From contig OZ250183.1 in NCBI GenBank assembly GCA_965238225.1, positions 768,001 through 832,000 on the forward strand: a stretch of DNA of 64,000 nt. The letters run 5' to 3'. Below, in pieces: positions 34,522 through 46,963 of this stretch; positions within the stretch are counted from its first letter, which is position 1, and the number at the start of each line of letters is the position of its first letter. A model generated the notes under the pieces. It had not been told where the DNA came from. It saw only the letters and a list, made by a program, of their open reading frames with translations, and did no database searches. Both the position numbers and the translations under genes were made by a program. The stretch is from Gammaproteobacteria bacterium (lineage in GTDB: Bacteria; Pseudomonadota; Gammaproteobacteria; Eutrophobiales; Eutrophobiaceae).

Positions 34522-37500
34522 TTAGGCAGTTTGCCATGTTTCAGTCAATACTGTTTCCAAGCTATCAGCAACATCTTGTGCTATGACATTACCTGCACCA
34601 AGTGGTACATCATAAGCTGCCATGGCATTGACTAATTTGTAGACATCATCTCGTAGTAACTCTGATGAATCAGTTGTGATGCTGTCCAGCTTGTAGTCAT
34701 TAATCTCCTCTTGTCTGGGGAAGAACCATAAAAAGGTTGGTACAGTTTTCGTTTCATACCAGCCAGCCACCTGTACTTGATCATTGGTTCCAGCGACGGT
34801 GATTAGTAAGTCTTTATCACTACGACTAAACCACAAGTCTTCTACTGATACATTGTCAAATTGTAATATATCATTACTCGTTGAGTAGTCCGTATCATAA
34901 TTATTAATGCCTACATTATAATCCCCTCGGGAGAATAAGTAAGTATCACTGCCGTTACCTCCGCGCAGGTAATCCTGTCCTGTACCACCACTTAAGATAT
35001 CATTACCGTCCTCTCCAAACAAGGCATCGTCACCATTGCTTCCATGCAAGATGTCGTTACCAGCACCTCCGCGCAAATAATCGTCACCATTATCGCCATA
35101 TAAGTAATCATTACCGTTGTCGCCGCTTAAGTGATCGTTACCGTTAAATCCGTATAGGGTATCTGTGCCGTTACCGCCATTTAAGTTATCGTTACCGTTA
35201 ACTCCGTATAGGGTATCGTTACCGTCACCGCCATTTAAGTAATCGTTACCGTTACCGCCATTTAAGTAATCGTTACCGTCACCGCCGTACAGAGTATCGT
35301 TATTGTTTTGTCCATACAGGGTATCATTGCCGTTTTGTCCATACAGGGTATCTGTACCGTTTTGTCCGTACAGGGTATCGTCACCTGCATCACCACTTAG
35401 TACATCATTGCCGTTTTGTCCATACAGCTTATCGTCACCGTCATCACCGTACAGGGTGTCGTTATCGTTACCACCGTATAGGGTATCTGTGCCACTACCG
35501 CCACTTAAGGTATCGTTGCCAGTCCAGCCGCCTAAGATATCGTTACCCGCACCGCCTTCAAGCACATCATTGCCGTTTTGTCCATACAGCTTATCGTCAC
35601 CGTCATCACCGTACAGGGTGTCGTTATGGTCACCGCCGTACAGGGTATCTGTGCCGTTTTGTCCGTACAGGGTATCGTAACCTGTACCACCACTTAGCAC
35701 ATCATTGCCGTTTTGTCCATACAGGGTATCGTCACCGTTATCGCCGTTTAAGTTATCGTTACCGTTACCACCGTCTAAGATATCGTTATGGTTACCGCCG
35801 TATAGGGTATCTGTGCCGTTTTGTCCATACAGGGTATCGTAACCTGCATCACCACTTAGTACATCATCACCGTTTTGTCCATACAGGGTATCGTCACCGT
35901 TATCGCCGTTTAAGTTATCGTTACCGTTACCACCGTCTAAGATATCGTTATGGTTACCGCCGTATAGGGTATCTGTGCCGTTTTGTCCATACAGGGTATC
36001 GTAACCTGCATCACCACTTAGTACATCATCACCGTTTTGTCCGTACAGGGTATCGTCACCGTTATCGCCGTTTAAGTTATCGTTATCGTTACCACCGTCT
36101 AAGATATCGTTATCGTTACCGCCGTATAGTACATCATCGCCGTTTTGTCCATACAGGGTATCGTCACCGTCATCACCGTTTAAGTTATCGTTATCGTTAC
36201 CACCGTCTAAGATATCGTTATCGTTACCGCCGTACAGGGTATCTGTGCCGTTTTGTCCGTACAGGGTATCGTCACCTGCATCACCACTTAGTACATCATC
36301 ACCGTTTTGTCCGTACAGGGTATCTGTGCCGTTTTGTCCATACAAGGTATCGTCACCACCAAGACCTTCTAATCGATCATTACCATTGCCACCATTGATA
36401 GTGTTATCGTTCTCGTCGCCTATAAATAATAAGGCAGCATCTATCTGTGTTGCTGTCCATACAGTACCATCAGCAAACTCAATTTGGTCTAATTGGTTAT
36501 CATTATTTAGGAAGTGATTTAGAATCGTTATGGTTTCTGTTGTGTTATTAGCACCACTTACTTGTAATAGTAGATTATTATCTACACGAGTTGTTTGAAT
36601 ATCTGTGGTAGCAATACCTTGTCCAAGTTGTAAGGTATCTGTGCTGTTGCTTGTATCAAGATTATAAATGGTTGTATTACCGTCACCTAGAGAAAATAGA
36701 TAAGTATCGTTACCGCTACCGCCACTTAAGGTGTCTGTACCTGTACCGCCGTACAAGGTATCGTTACCCTTACCGCCAGCCAAGGTATCGTTACCGGCAT
36801 TTCCAAACAAAGTATCGTTACCGTCACCACCATTGAGGGTGTTGTCCGTATCGTCGCCTATCAGTAATCTAGTACCATCAGCAAACTCAATTTGGTCTAA
36901 TCGGTAAGAATTACCTAGGAAGTGATCTTGAATCGTTATGGTTTCTGTTGTGTTATCAGCACCACTTACTTGTAATAGAAGATGATTCTTTACACGAGTT
37001 GTTTGAACATCCGTGGTAGCAATACCTTGTCCAAATTTCAAGGTATCTGTGCTTACGCTTGTATCAAGGTTATAAATGGTTGTATCACCGTCACCTTTAG
37101 AAAACAGATAAGTATCGTTACCGAAACCTCCATTCAAGTTATCGCTACCGGTATTTCCATTTAAGATATCTGCGCCTGTACCGCCAATTAAGATATCGCT
37201 ACCGTCACCGCCATTCAAGTAATCGTTACCCTTACCTCCAATTAAGATATCGTTACCGTCACCGCCGTCTAAGATATCGTTATGGTCACCGCCGTATAGT
37301 ATATCTCTACCGTTTTGTCCGTACAGGGTATCGTCACCTGCATCACCACTTAGTACATCATCGCCATTTTGTCCATACAGGGTATCGTCACCGTTATCGC
37401 CGTTTAAGTTATCGTTACCGTTACCACCGTCTAAGATATCGTTATGGTTACCGCCGTATAGGGTATCTGTGCCGTTTTGTCCATACAGGGTATCGTCACC

Positions 37501-40500
37501 TGCATCACCACTTAGTACATCATCGCCGTTTTGTCCGTACAGGGTATCGTCACCGTTATCGCCGTTTAAGTTATCGTTATCGTTACCACCGTCTAAGATA
37601 TCGTTATGGTCACCGCCGTACAGGGTATCTGTGCCGTTTTGTCCGTACAGGGTATCGTCACCTGCATCACCACTTAGTACATCATCGCCGTTTTGTCCGT
37701 ACAGGGTATCGTCACCTGCATCACCACTTAGTACATCATCACCGTTTTGTCCGTACAGGGTATCGTCACCGTTATCGCCGTTTAAGTTATCGTTATCGTT
37801 ACCACCGTCTAAGATATCGTTACCGTCACCGCCGTATAGGGTATCTGTACCGTTTTGTCCGTACAGGGTATCGTCACCTGCACCACCACTTAGTACATCA
37901 TCGCCGTTTTGTCCGTACAGGGTATCGTCACCGTTATCGCCGTTTAAGTTATCGTTATATCGTTATCGTTACCACCGTCTAAGATATCGTTATCGTCACC
38001 GCCGTATAGGGTATCGTCACCCTTACCGCCAGCCAAGGTATCGTTACCGGCATTTCCAGACAAAGTATCGTTACCATCGCCACCATTGAGAGTGTTGTCC
38101 GTATCGTCGCCTATCAGTAATCTAGCACCATCAGCAAACTCAATTTGGTCTAATCGGTAAGAATTACCTAGGAAGTGATCTTGAATCGTTAAGGTTTCTG
38201 TTGTGTTATTAGCACCACTTACTTGTAATAGAAGATTATTATCTACACGAGTTGTTTGAACATCTGTGGTAGCAATGCCTTGTCCAAGTTGCAAGGTATC
38301 TGTGCTTACGCTTGTGTCAAGGTTATAAATAGTTGTATCACCGTCACCTTTAGAAAACAGATAAGTATCGTTACCCGCACCTCCATTCAGGTAATCTCCA
38401 TAACCGCTACCTCCATCCAAGGTATCGTTACCGGCACCTCCGTACAGGGTATCCGTACCAGAACCACCACTTAGTACGTCATCGCCGTTTTGTCCGTACA
38501 GGGTATCGTCACCGTTATCGCCGTTTAAGTTATCGTTACCGTCACCACCGTCTAAGATATCGTTATCGTTACCGCCGTATAGGGTATCTGTGCCGTTTTG
38601 TCCGTACAGGGTATCGTCACCTGCATCACCACTTAGTACATCATCGCCATTTTGTCCGTACAGGGTATCGTCACCGTTATCGCCGTTTAAGTTATCGTTA
38701 TCGTTACCACCGTCTAAGATATCGTTATGGTTACCGCCGTATAGTACATCATCGCCATTTTGTCCGTACAGGGTATCGTCACCGTTATCGCCGTACAGGG
38801 TATCGTTACCCTTACCGCCAGCCAAGGTATCGTCACCGGCATTTCCAGACAAAGTATCGTTACCGTCACCACCATTGAGAGTGTTGTCCGTATCGTCGCC
38901 TACAAATAATAAGGTAGCATCTATCTGTGTCGCTGTCCATACAGTACCATCAGCAAACTCAACTTGGTCTAATAGGTAATCATCACTTAGGAAGTGATTT
39001 AGAATCGTTATGGTTTCTGTTGTGTTATTAGGGCTGTTTACTTGTAATAGAAGATTATTATCTGCGCGAGTTGTTCGAACATCCGTGGTAGCAATACCTT
39101 GTCCAAGTTGTAAGGTATCTGTGCTGTTGCTTGTATCAAGATTATAAATGGTTGTATTACCGTCACCTAGAGAAAACAGATAAGTATCATTACCGCTACC
39201 TCCAATTAAGATATCGTTACCGTCACCGCCATTCAAGTAATCGTTACCCTTACCTCCAACTAAGATATCGTTACCGTCACCGCCGTACAGGGTATCTGTG
39301 CCGTTTTGTCCATACAAGGTATCGTCACCACCAAGACCTTCTAATCGATCATTACCATTGCCACCATTGATAGTGTTATCGTTCTCGTCGCCTATAAATA
39401 ATAAGGCAGCATCTATCTGTGTTGCTGTCCATACAGTACCATCAGCAAACTCAATTTGGTCTAATTGGTTATCATTATTTAGGAAGTGATTTAGAATCGT
39501 TATGGTTTCTGTTGTGTTATTAGCACCACTTACTTGTAATAGTAGATTATTATCTACACGAGTTGTTTGAATATCTGTGGTAGCAATACCTTGTCCAAGT
39601 TGTAAGGTATCTGTGCTGTTGCTTGTATCAAGATTATAAATGGTTGTATTACCGTCACCTAGAGAAAATAGATAAGTATCGTTACCGCTACCGCCACTTA
39701 AGGTGTCTGTACCTGTACCGCCGTACAAGGTATCGTTACCCTTACCGCCAGCCAAGGTATCGTTACCGGCATTTCCAAACAAAGTATCGTTACCGTCACC
39801 ACCATTGAGGGTGTTGTCCGTATCGTCGCCTATCAGTAATCTAGTACCATCAGCAAACTCAATTTGGTCTAATCGGTAAGAATTACCTAGGAAGTGATCT
39901 TGAATCGTTATGGTTTCTGTTGTGTTATCAGCACCACTTACTTGTAATAGAAGATGATTCTTTACACGAGTTGTTTGAACATCCGTGGTAGCAATACCTT
40001 GTCCAAATTTCAAGGTATCTGTGCTTACGCTTGTATCAAGGTTATAAATGGTTGTATCACCGTCACCTTTAGAAAACAGATAAGTATCGTTACCGAAACC
40101 TCCATTCAAGTTATCGCTACCGGTATTTCCATTTAAGATATCTGCGCCTGTACCGCCAATTAAGATATCGCTACCGTCACCGCCATTCAAGTAATCGTTA
40201 CCCTTACCTCCAATTAAGATATCGTTACCGTCACCGCCGTACAGGGTATCTGTGCCGTTTTGTCCATACAAGATATCGTCACCACCAAGACCTTCTAATC
40301 GATCATTACCATTGCCACCATTGAGAGTATTTCTATTCTCATCGCCTACAAATAATAAGGCAGCGTCTATCTGTGTTGTTGTCCATACAGTGCCATCAGC
40401 AAACTTAACTTGGTCTAATTGGTAAGCATTGTTTAGGAAGTGATTTTGAATCGTTATAGTTTCTGTTGTGTTATCAGCACCACTTACTTGTAGTAGAAGA

Positions 40501-41180
40501 TTATTATCTACACGAGTTGTTTGAACATCTGTGGTAGCAATGCCTTGTCCAAGTTGCAAGGTATCTGTGCTATTGCTTGTATCAAGGTTATGAATGCTTG
40601 TATTGCCATCACCTTTGGAAAACAGATAAGTATCGTTACCCGCACCTCCATTCAGGTAATCTCCATAACCGCTACCTCCATCCAAGGTATCGTTACCGTT
40701 ACCTCCGTATAGGGTATCGTCACCGTTATCGCCGTTTAAGGTATCGTCACCGTCACCACCGTATAGGGCATCGTTATGGTCACCGCCGTATAGGGTATCT
40801 GTACCGTTTTGTCCGTACAGGGTATCGTCACCTGCATCACCACTTAGTACATCATCACCGTTTTGTCCGTACAGGGTATCGTCACCGTTATCGCCGTTTA
40901 AGTTATCGTTATCGTTACCACCGTCTAAGATATCGTTACCAGCACCTCCATTCAGGGTATCGTTATCGTCCCCGCCATTTAAGGTATCGTTACCGGCATC
41001 TCCATACAGCTTATCGTCACCGTCACCGCCAGACAAGGTATCGGCACCGTCATTTCCAACCAAGGTATCGTTACCAGCACCTCCATTCAGGGTATCATTA
41101 CCCCCACGACCTTCTAATTGATCATCATCACCACCACCAATGATGGAGTTATCGTTATCATCACCTATGTAAGTAGCCAT
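34522..41180 (-). pseudogene. RTX-type Ca-binding repeat protein 2 (~2216 aa if repaired), frameshifted at ~37950
   Basis: ORFs 37944..41180 and 34522..37218 form one gene. An extra 8 nt (atcgttat) relative to the standard repeat unit 'tttaagtt atcgtt atcgtt accacc' accounts for the frame difference. Seven internal Ca-binding-related modules; same C-terminus as gene 1. Confidence 0.85.
36312..37268. repeat. ~960 bp internal direct repeat in RTX gene 2 (partner ~39284-40240)
   Basis: Identical shadow ORFs at offset 2972 (36651/39623, 36982/39954); boundaries approximate. Confidence 0.85.
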
Positions 41181-41310
41181 AAATCAATTCTCCAGTATTA
41201 CACGTTAATAATAAATTACTTTTCAAGCCCAATATTCTTTAAGCACTGCTTTTTCTTAAACCTCAAACTTTCCCTTAAACCTTCCCTACCGTCGTACATG
41301 CAAGCATTCA

Positions 41311-41349
41311 ATGGTTAGTCGATATGGTTAGTCGATATGATTAGCCGAT
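41311..41349. repeat. 13-bp tandem repeat (ATGGTTAGTCGAT) x3 upstream of RTX gene 2 (also 46304-46342)
   Basis: Direct reading; only one degenerate unit upstream of gene 1. Confidence 0.9.
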
Positions 41350-41806
41350 ATCTTGTTTGCATCTTTGTTGTCAAAAAGGTATTTAAAGATAAATCCTGTC
41401 AATGTTTTGCGTATTTATCTGTGTTTAAGGCTATATCCTTTAATGTACAACTTTTGCTATCACTAAATTGTGATACCCAAAGAAGATACCCTAAAAAAAC
41501 GTTATACGAAAGTGGCAAATACATTAAATGTTGATTTAGCTTTAGATACATAACATGCCTTATACAGGCATTACGCTCCCTAACATTGGGGTATGACCAA
41601 AGATTGGTGAAAACGTTCCACACCAGTTTGATTTAGATTATGTTAAATCTAATTTATAAGGCGAAAGCTATATTTTATCGGTATTGTGTGAGGGTATTAT
41701 GTTAAGTATTTTTGACCACAGACGGTCTGGTTTCGCAGCACAGGGGGGGCGAGAACGACTGTGACCAAGTTTACGGATGACCTTTAGGTGTATTTAAGTC
41801 TGTAAA
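41340..41806. repeat. Upstream cassette, copy 2
   Basis: Near-identical to 33759-34226. Confidence 0.95.
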
Positions 41807-41910
41807 ATAGGAAACATATATGAAAAATCTCATTGAATAAAGACGGTGTTGATTTTTAGTTAAAGTTTAAGATAAACCCTTGTATTCACAAGGTTTACTA
41901 TTCCACGATA

Positions 41911-41985
41911 CAATAGATAGGATTTAAATAGATAGGATTTAAATAGATAGGATTTAAATAGATAGGATTTAAATAGATAGGATTT
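41911..41985. repeat. 15-bp tandem repeat (AAATAGATAGGATTT) x5
   Basis: Direct reading. Confidence 0.95.
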
Positions 41986-42031
41986 AAATTAAAGACAGGA
42001 CTAAATGTAGAATTAGAGGTTAATAAATAAT

Positions 42032-42059
42032 ATAAAGGGATCTGCATAGATCCCTTTAT
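42032..42059 (-). terminator. Intrinsic terminator of RTX gene 3
   Basis: ATAAAGGGATCT-GCAT-AGATCCCTTTAT. Confidence 0.75.
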
Positions 42060-42115
42060 TGTTATTGTCTTAACTTAAACCTTTTATTTCACTTAAATCT
42101 GCTGTGATTAAGCTA

Positions 42116-45100
42116 TTAGGCAGTTTGCCATGTTTCAGTCAATACTGTTTCCAAGCTATCAGCAACATCTTGTGCTATGACATTACCTGCACCAAGTGGT
42201 ACATCATAAGCTGCCATGGCATTGACTAATTTGTAGACATCATCTCGTAGTAACTCTGATGAATCAGTTGTGATGCTGTCCAGCTTGTAGTCATTAATCT
42301 CCTCTTGTATGGGGAAGAACCATAAAAAGGTTGGTACAGTTTTCGTTTCGTACCAACCGATCACTGTCGCTTGATCATCGGTTCCAGCGACGGTGATTAG
42401 TAAGTCTTTATCACTACGACTAAACCACAAGTCTTCTACTGATACATTGTCAAATTGTAATATATCATTACTCGTTGAGTAGTCCGTATCATAATTATTA
42501 ATGCTTGTATTACCGTCACCTGAAAAAAACAGATAAGTATCGTTACCGGCACCTCCGTACAGAGTATCGTCACCTGTACCACCACTTAGTACATCATCGC
42601 CGTTTTGTCCGTACAGGGTATCGTCACCGTCACCGCCGTCTAAGATATCATTATAGTCACCGCCGTATAGTGTATCTGTGCCGCTTTGTCCGTACAGGGT
42701 ATCGTTACCCACATCACCACTTAAAGTATCGTCACCATTACCGCCATATAAGTAATCACGACCGTTGCCGCCGTTTAAGGTATCGTTACCGTCACCGCCG
42801 TCTAAGATATCGCTATGGTCACCGCCGTTTAAGGTATCTGTACCGTTTTGTCCGTACAGGGTATCGTAACCGTCACCACCACTTAGTACATCATCGCCGT
42901 TTTGTCCATACAGGGTATCGTCACCGTTATCGCCGTTTAAGTTATCGTTATCGTTACCACCGTCTAAGATATCGTTATGGTCACCGCCGTATAGGGTATC
43001 TGTACCGTTTTGTCCGTACAGGGTATCGTAACCTGCACCACCACTTAGTACATCATCGCCGTTTTCTCCGTACAGGGTATCGTTATCGTTACCGCCGTAT
43101 AGTGTATCATTGCCGTTTTGTCCAACCAAGATATCGTTACCGTCACCACCGTCTAAGATATCGTTATGGTCACCGCCGTATAGGGTATCTGTACCGTTTT
43201 GTCCGTACAGGGTATCGTAACCTGCACCACCACTTAGTACATCATCGCCGTTTTGTCCGTACAGGGTATCGTCACCGTTATCGCCGTTTAAGTTATCGTT
43301 ATCGTTACCACCGTCTAAGATATCGTTATGGTCACCGCCGTATAGTGTATCTGTGCCGTTTTGTCCGTACAGGGTATCGTAACCTGTACCACCACTTAGT
43401 ACATCATCACCGTTTTGTCCATATAAGTAATCGGTATCGGCACCTCCGTACAAATAATCGTCACCGTCACCGCCGTCTAAGGTATCGTTATGGTCACCGC
43501 CGTATAGGGTATCTGTACCGTTTTGTCCGTACAGGGTATCGTAACCTGCACCACCACTTAGTACATCATCGCCGTTTTGTCCATACAGGGTATCGTCACC
43601 GTTATCGCCGTTTAAGTTATCGTTATCGTTACCACCGTCTAAGATATCGTTATGGTCACCGCCGTATAGGGTATCATCGCCGTTTTGTCCGTACAGGGTA
43701 TCGTAACCTGCACCACCACTTAGTACATCATCGCCGTTTTGTCCGTACAGGGTATCGTCACCGTTATCGCCGTTTAAGTTATCGTTATCGTTACCACCGT
43801 CTAAGATATCGTTATGGTCACCGCCGTATAGGGCATCATCGCCGTTTTGTCCGTACAGCTTATCATGACCGTCAGTACCGTATAAGGCATCGTCACCGTC
43901 CTGTCCATACAGGGTATCATCACCTGTACCACCGTTTAAGATATCATTACCATCATCTCCAGACAAGGTATCGTGACCGTCATGTCCAGACAAGGTATCG
44001 TCACCTGTACCTCCAGACAAGATATCGTTACCATTGTTTCCATTCAAGATGTCGTTACCAGCACCTCCAGACAAGTAATCATGACCATAACTGCCTTCAA
44101 GCACATCATCGCCGTTTTGTCCATACAGCTTATCATGACCGTCAGCACCGTATACGGGGTGGTATAAGGGATCATCATCGTAGTGACCGCCACTACCGTA
44201 CAGGATATCGTTACCATCACCCCCATACAAGATATCGCTACCGCTATAGCCTCTCAATATATCGTTATTACTAGAACCATTGATGATGTCATCTCCATGA
44301 CCGCTTGTTGCCAATACGTTGGCATCTATATATGCCTTTGTCCATACAGTACCATCAGCAAACTCAGTTTGGTCTATTTGGAACCTTTGGAAAAGGTAGG
44401 AATTTTCATAATAGGGAAAGTAATTTTGAATCGTTATAGTTTTTGTCGTGTTATTATCATCACTTACTTGTAATAGAAGATGATTATATGCGCGAAATAT
44501 TTGAACATCCGTGGCGGCAATACCTTCTCCAAATTTCAAGATATCTGTGCTGCTGCCTAGGACACCGTCAGAGCCTACATCGGCATTATAAATAGTTGTA
44601 TTACCGTCACCTCGAAAAAATAAATAAGTATCGTCACCGTGGTTTCCTTGCATGTAGTTTGTACCTTTGCCGCCGCTAAAGATATCGTTACCGCGACCTC
44701 CATACAGGGTATCGTTACCATCACCGCCATTCAAGACATCGTTGCCATTACCGCCGTATAGGGTATCGTTACCGCTACCGCCATTTAAGGTATCGTCACC
44801 GGTATCTCCAGACAAGATATCGTTACCGTCACCGCCGTACAGGGTATCGTTATGGTCATTTCCAACCAAGGTATCGTTACCGCCACCGCCGTACAGGGTA
44901 TCGTTACCCCCACGACCTTCCAATCGATCATGACCACCAAGACCTTCTAATCGATCACTACCATCACCACCATTGATAGTGTTATCATTTTCATCGCCCA
45001 CAAACAATAAAGTGGTATCTATCTGCGTTGTTGTCCATACAGCACCATCAGCAAACTTAACTTGGTCTAATTGGTAAGCATTGTTTAGGAAGTGATTTTG

Positions 45101-46174
45101 AATCGTTATAGTTTCTGTTGTGTTATCAGCGCCACTTACTTGTAGTAGAAGATTATTATCTACACGAGTTGTTTGAACATCTGTGGTAGCAATGCCTTGT
45201 CCAAGTTGCAAGGTATCTGTGCTATTGCTTGTATCAAGGTTATGAATGCTTGTATTGCCATCACCTTTGGAAAACAGATAAGTATCGTCGCCGTTACCGC
45301 CAACTAAGACATCTGTACCAGAACCTCCATACAGGGTATCGTTACCGTCACCGCCATTTAAGGTATCCGTACCAGAACCTCCGTACAGGGTATCGTTACC
45401 GTCACCGCCATTTAAGGTATCGTTACCAGCAAGACCTTCCAGTAGATCATTACCATTGCTACCATTGAGAGTGTTGTCGTTCTCATTACCTCTTGACGAG
45501 GTTGTTGGTAATGTCCATACAGCACCATCAGCAAACTTAACTTGGTCTAATTGGTTATCATCATTTAGGAAGTGATCTATAATCGTTATAGTTTCTGTCG
45601 TGTTATCAGCGCCACTTACTTGTAGTAGAAGATTATTATCTACATGAATTACTCTAATATCTGTGGTAGCAATACCTTGTCCAAATTGTAAGGTATCCGT
45701 GCTTACGCTTGTATCGAGATTATGAATGCTTGTATCACCGTCACCTCGAAAAAACAGATAAGTATCGTTACCGCTACCGCCACTTAAGGTGTCTGTACCT
45801 GTACCGCCGCTTAAAATGTCGTCACCGGCATTTCCATACAGGGTATCGTCACCGTCATGTCCATACAAGGTATCGTCACCGGCATTTCCAGACAAGATAT
45901 CGTCACCGCCACTGCCAGACAACCTATCGCCACCGTCACCGCCAGACAAGGTATCGTCACCGTTACCTCCGTCTAAGTTATCGTTACCCGTACCTCCCCA
46001 TAAGGTATCGTCACCAGAATCTCCATGCAAGATATCGCTACCAGCACCGCCTTTAAGCGTATCATCGCCGCCTTGTCCGTGCAGGTTATCCCTACCACCA
46101 CGACCTTCCAGTAGATCATCACCACCACCACCAAGGAGGGAGTTATTGTTATCATCACCTATATAAGTAGCCAT
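42116..46174 (-). CDS. RTX-type Ca-binding repeat protein 3 (1352 aa), probable T1SS substrate
   Basis: GGxGxD repeats, 3 internal Ca-binding-related modules, C-terminus nearly identical to genes 1 and 2. Confidence 0.9.
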   Translation of the reverse strand: MATYIGDDNNNSLLGGGGDDLLEGRGGRDNLHGQGGDDTLKGGAGSDILHGDSGDDTLWGGTGNDNLDGGNGDDTLSGGDGGDRLSGSGGDDILSGNAGDDTLYGHDGDDTLYGNAGDDILSGGTGTDTLSGGSGNDTYLFFRGDGDTSIHNLDTSVSTDTLQFGQGIATTDIRVIHVDNNLLLQVSGADNTTETITIIDHFLNDDNQLDQVKFADGAVWTLPTTSSRGNENDNTLNGSNGNDLLEGLAGNDTLNGGDGNDTLYGGSGTDTLNGGDGNDTLYGGSGTDVLVGGNGDDTYLFSKGDGNTSIHNLDTSNSTDTLQLGQGIATTDVQTTRVDNNLLLQVSGADNTTETITIQNHFLNNAYQLDQVKFADGAVWTTTQIDTTLLFVGDENDNTINGGDGSDRLEGLGGHDRLEGRGGNDTLYGGGGNDTLVGNDHNDTLYGGDGNDILSGDTGDDTLNGGSGNDTLYGGNGNDVLNGGDGNDTLYGGRGNDIFSGGKGTNYMQGNHGDDTYLFFRGDGNTTIYNADVGSDGVLGSSTDILKFGEGIAATDVQIFRAYNHLLLQVSDDNNTTKTITIQNYFPYYENSYLFQRFQIDQTEFADGTVWTKAYIDANVLATSGHGDDIINGSSNNDILRGYSGSDILYGGDGNDILYGSGGHYDDDPLYHPVYGADGHDKLYGQNGDDVLEGSYGHDYLSGGAGNDILNGNNGNDILSGGTGDDTLSGHDGHDTLSGDDGNDILNGGTGDDTLYGQDGDDALYGTDGHDKLYGQNGDDALYGGDHNDILDGGNDNDNLNGDNGDDTLYGQNGDDVLSGGAGYDTLYGQNGDDTLYGGDHNDILDGGNDNDNLNGDNGDDTLYGQNGDDVLSGGAGYDTLYGQNGTDTLYGGDHNDTLDGGDGDDYLYGGADTDYLYGQNGDDVLSGGTGYDTLYGQNGTDTLYGGDHNDILDGGNDNDNLNGDNGDDTLYGQNGDDVLSGGAGYDTLYGQNGTDTLYGGDHNDILDGGDGNDILVGQNGNDTLYGGNDNDTLYGENGDDVLSGGAGYDTLYGQNGTDTLYGGDHNDILDGGNDNDNLNGDNGDDTLYGQNGDDVLSGGDGYDTLYGQNGTDTLNGGDHSDILDGGDGNDTLNGGNGRDYLYGGNGDDTLSGDVGNDTLYGQSGTDTLYGGDYNDILDGGDGDDTLYGQNGDDVLSGGTGDDTLYGGAGNDTYLFFSGDGNTSINNYDTDYSTSNDILQFDNVSVEDLWFSRSDKDLLITVAGTDDQATVIGWYETKTVPTFLWFFPIQEEINDYKLDSITTDSSELLRDDVYKLVNAMAAYDVPLGAGNVIAQDVADSLETVLTETWQTA

Positions 46175-46332
46175 AAATTAATTCTCCAGTATTACACGTT
46201 AATAATAAATTACTTTTCAAGCCCAATATTCTTTAAGCACTGCTTTTTCTTAAACCTTAAACTTTCCCTTAAACCTTCCTACCGTCGTACATGCAAGCAT
46301 TCAATGGTTAGTCGATATGGTTAGTCGATATG

Positions 46333-46800
46333 ATTAGCCGATATCTTGTTTGCATCTTTGTTGTCAAAAAGGTATTTAAAAATAAATCCTGTCAATGTTT
46401 TGCGTATTTATCTGTATTTAAAGCTATATCCTTTAATGTACAACTTTTGCTATCACTAAATTGTGAGCCCAAAGAAGATACCCTAAAAAAACGTTATACG
46501 AAAGTGGCAAATACATTAAATGTTGATTTAGCCTTAGATACATAACATGCCTTATACAGGCATTACACTCCCTAACATTGGGGTATGACCAAAGATTGGT
46601 GAAAAAGTTCCACACCAGTTTGATTTAGATTATGTTAAATCTAATTTATAAGGCGAAAGCTATATTTTATCGGTATTGTGTGAGGGTATTATGTTAAGTA
46701 TTTTTGACCACAGACGGTCTGGTTTCGCAGCACAGGGGCGCGAGAACGACTGTGACCAAGTTTACGGATGACCTTTAAGGTGTGTATTTAAGTCTGTAAA
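46333..46800. repeat. Upstream cassette, copy 3
   Basis: Near-identical to the other two copies; similarity ends at 46800. Confidence 0.95.
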
Positions 46801-46963
46801 TCTGTACGGTCAAAGATTTGCACATTTTAAAATTCCGCACCAGTTTGATTTAGATTATTATAGATGCCCATTAAATTCTTTAAGAGACCGCAACTAAAAC
46901 TGCATAACTGTTTATTACAAATCCTTTAACGACAGTATCATTAAAGATATTAACATTATCATT

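Noticed and set aside
35500-35530. Ice-binding RTX motif (xGTGND)
   Set aside because: Only isolated occurrences, not a regular array
41284-41294. ops-like GACGGTAG on the minus strand upstream of RTX genes 2 and 3
   Set aside because: Mismatch to GGCGGTAG, no JUMPstart context, and not seen before gene 1
28572-46174. CRISPR-like periodicity of 27-bp repeats
   Set aside because: Repeats are in-frame coding nonapeptides with no unique spacers and no cas genes
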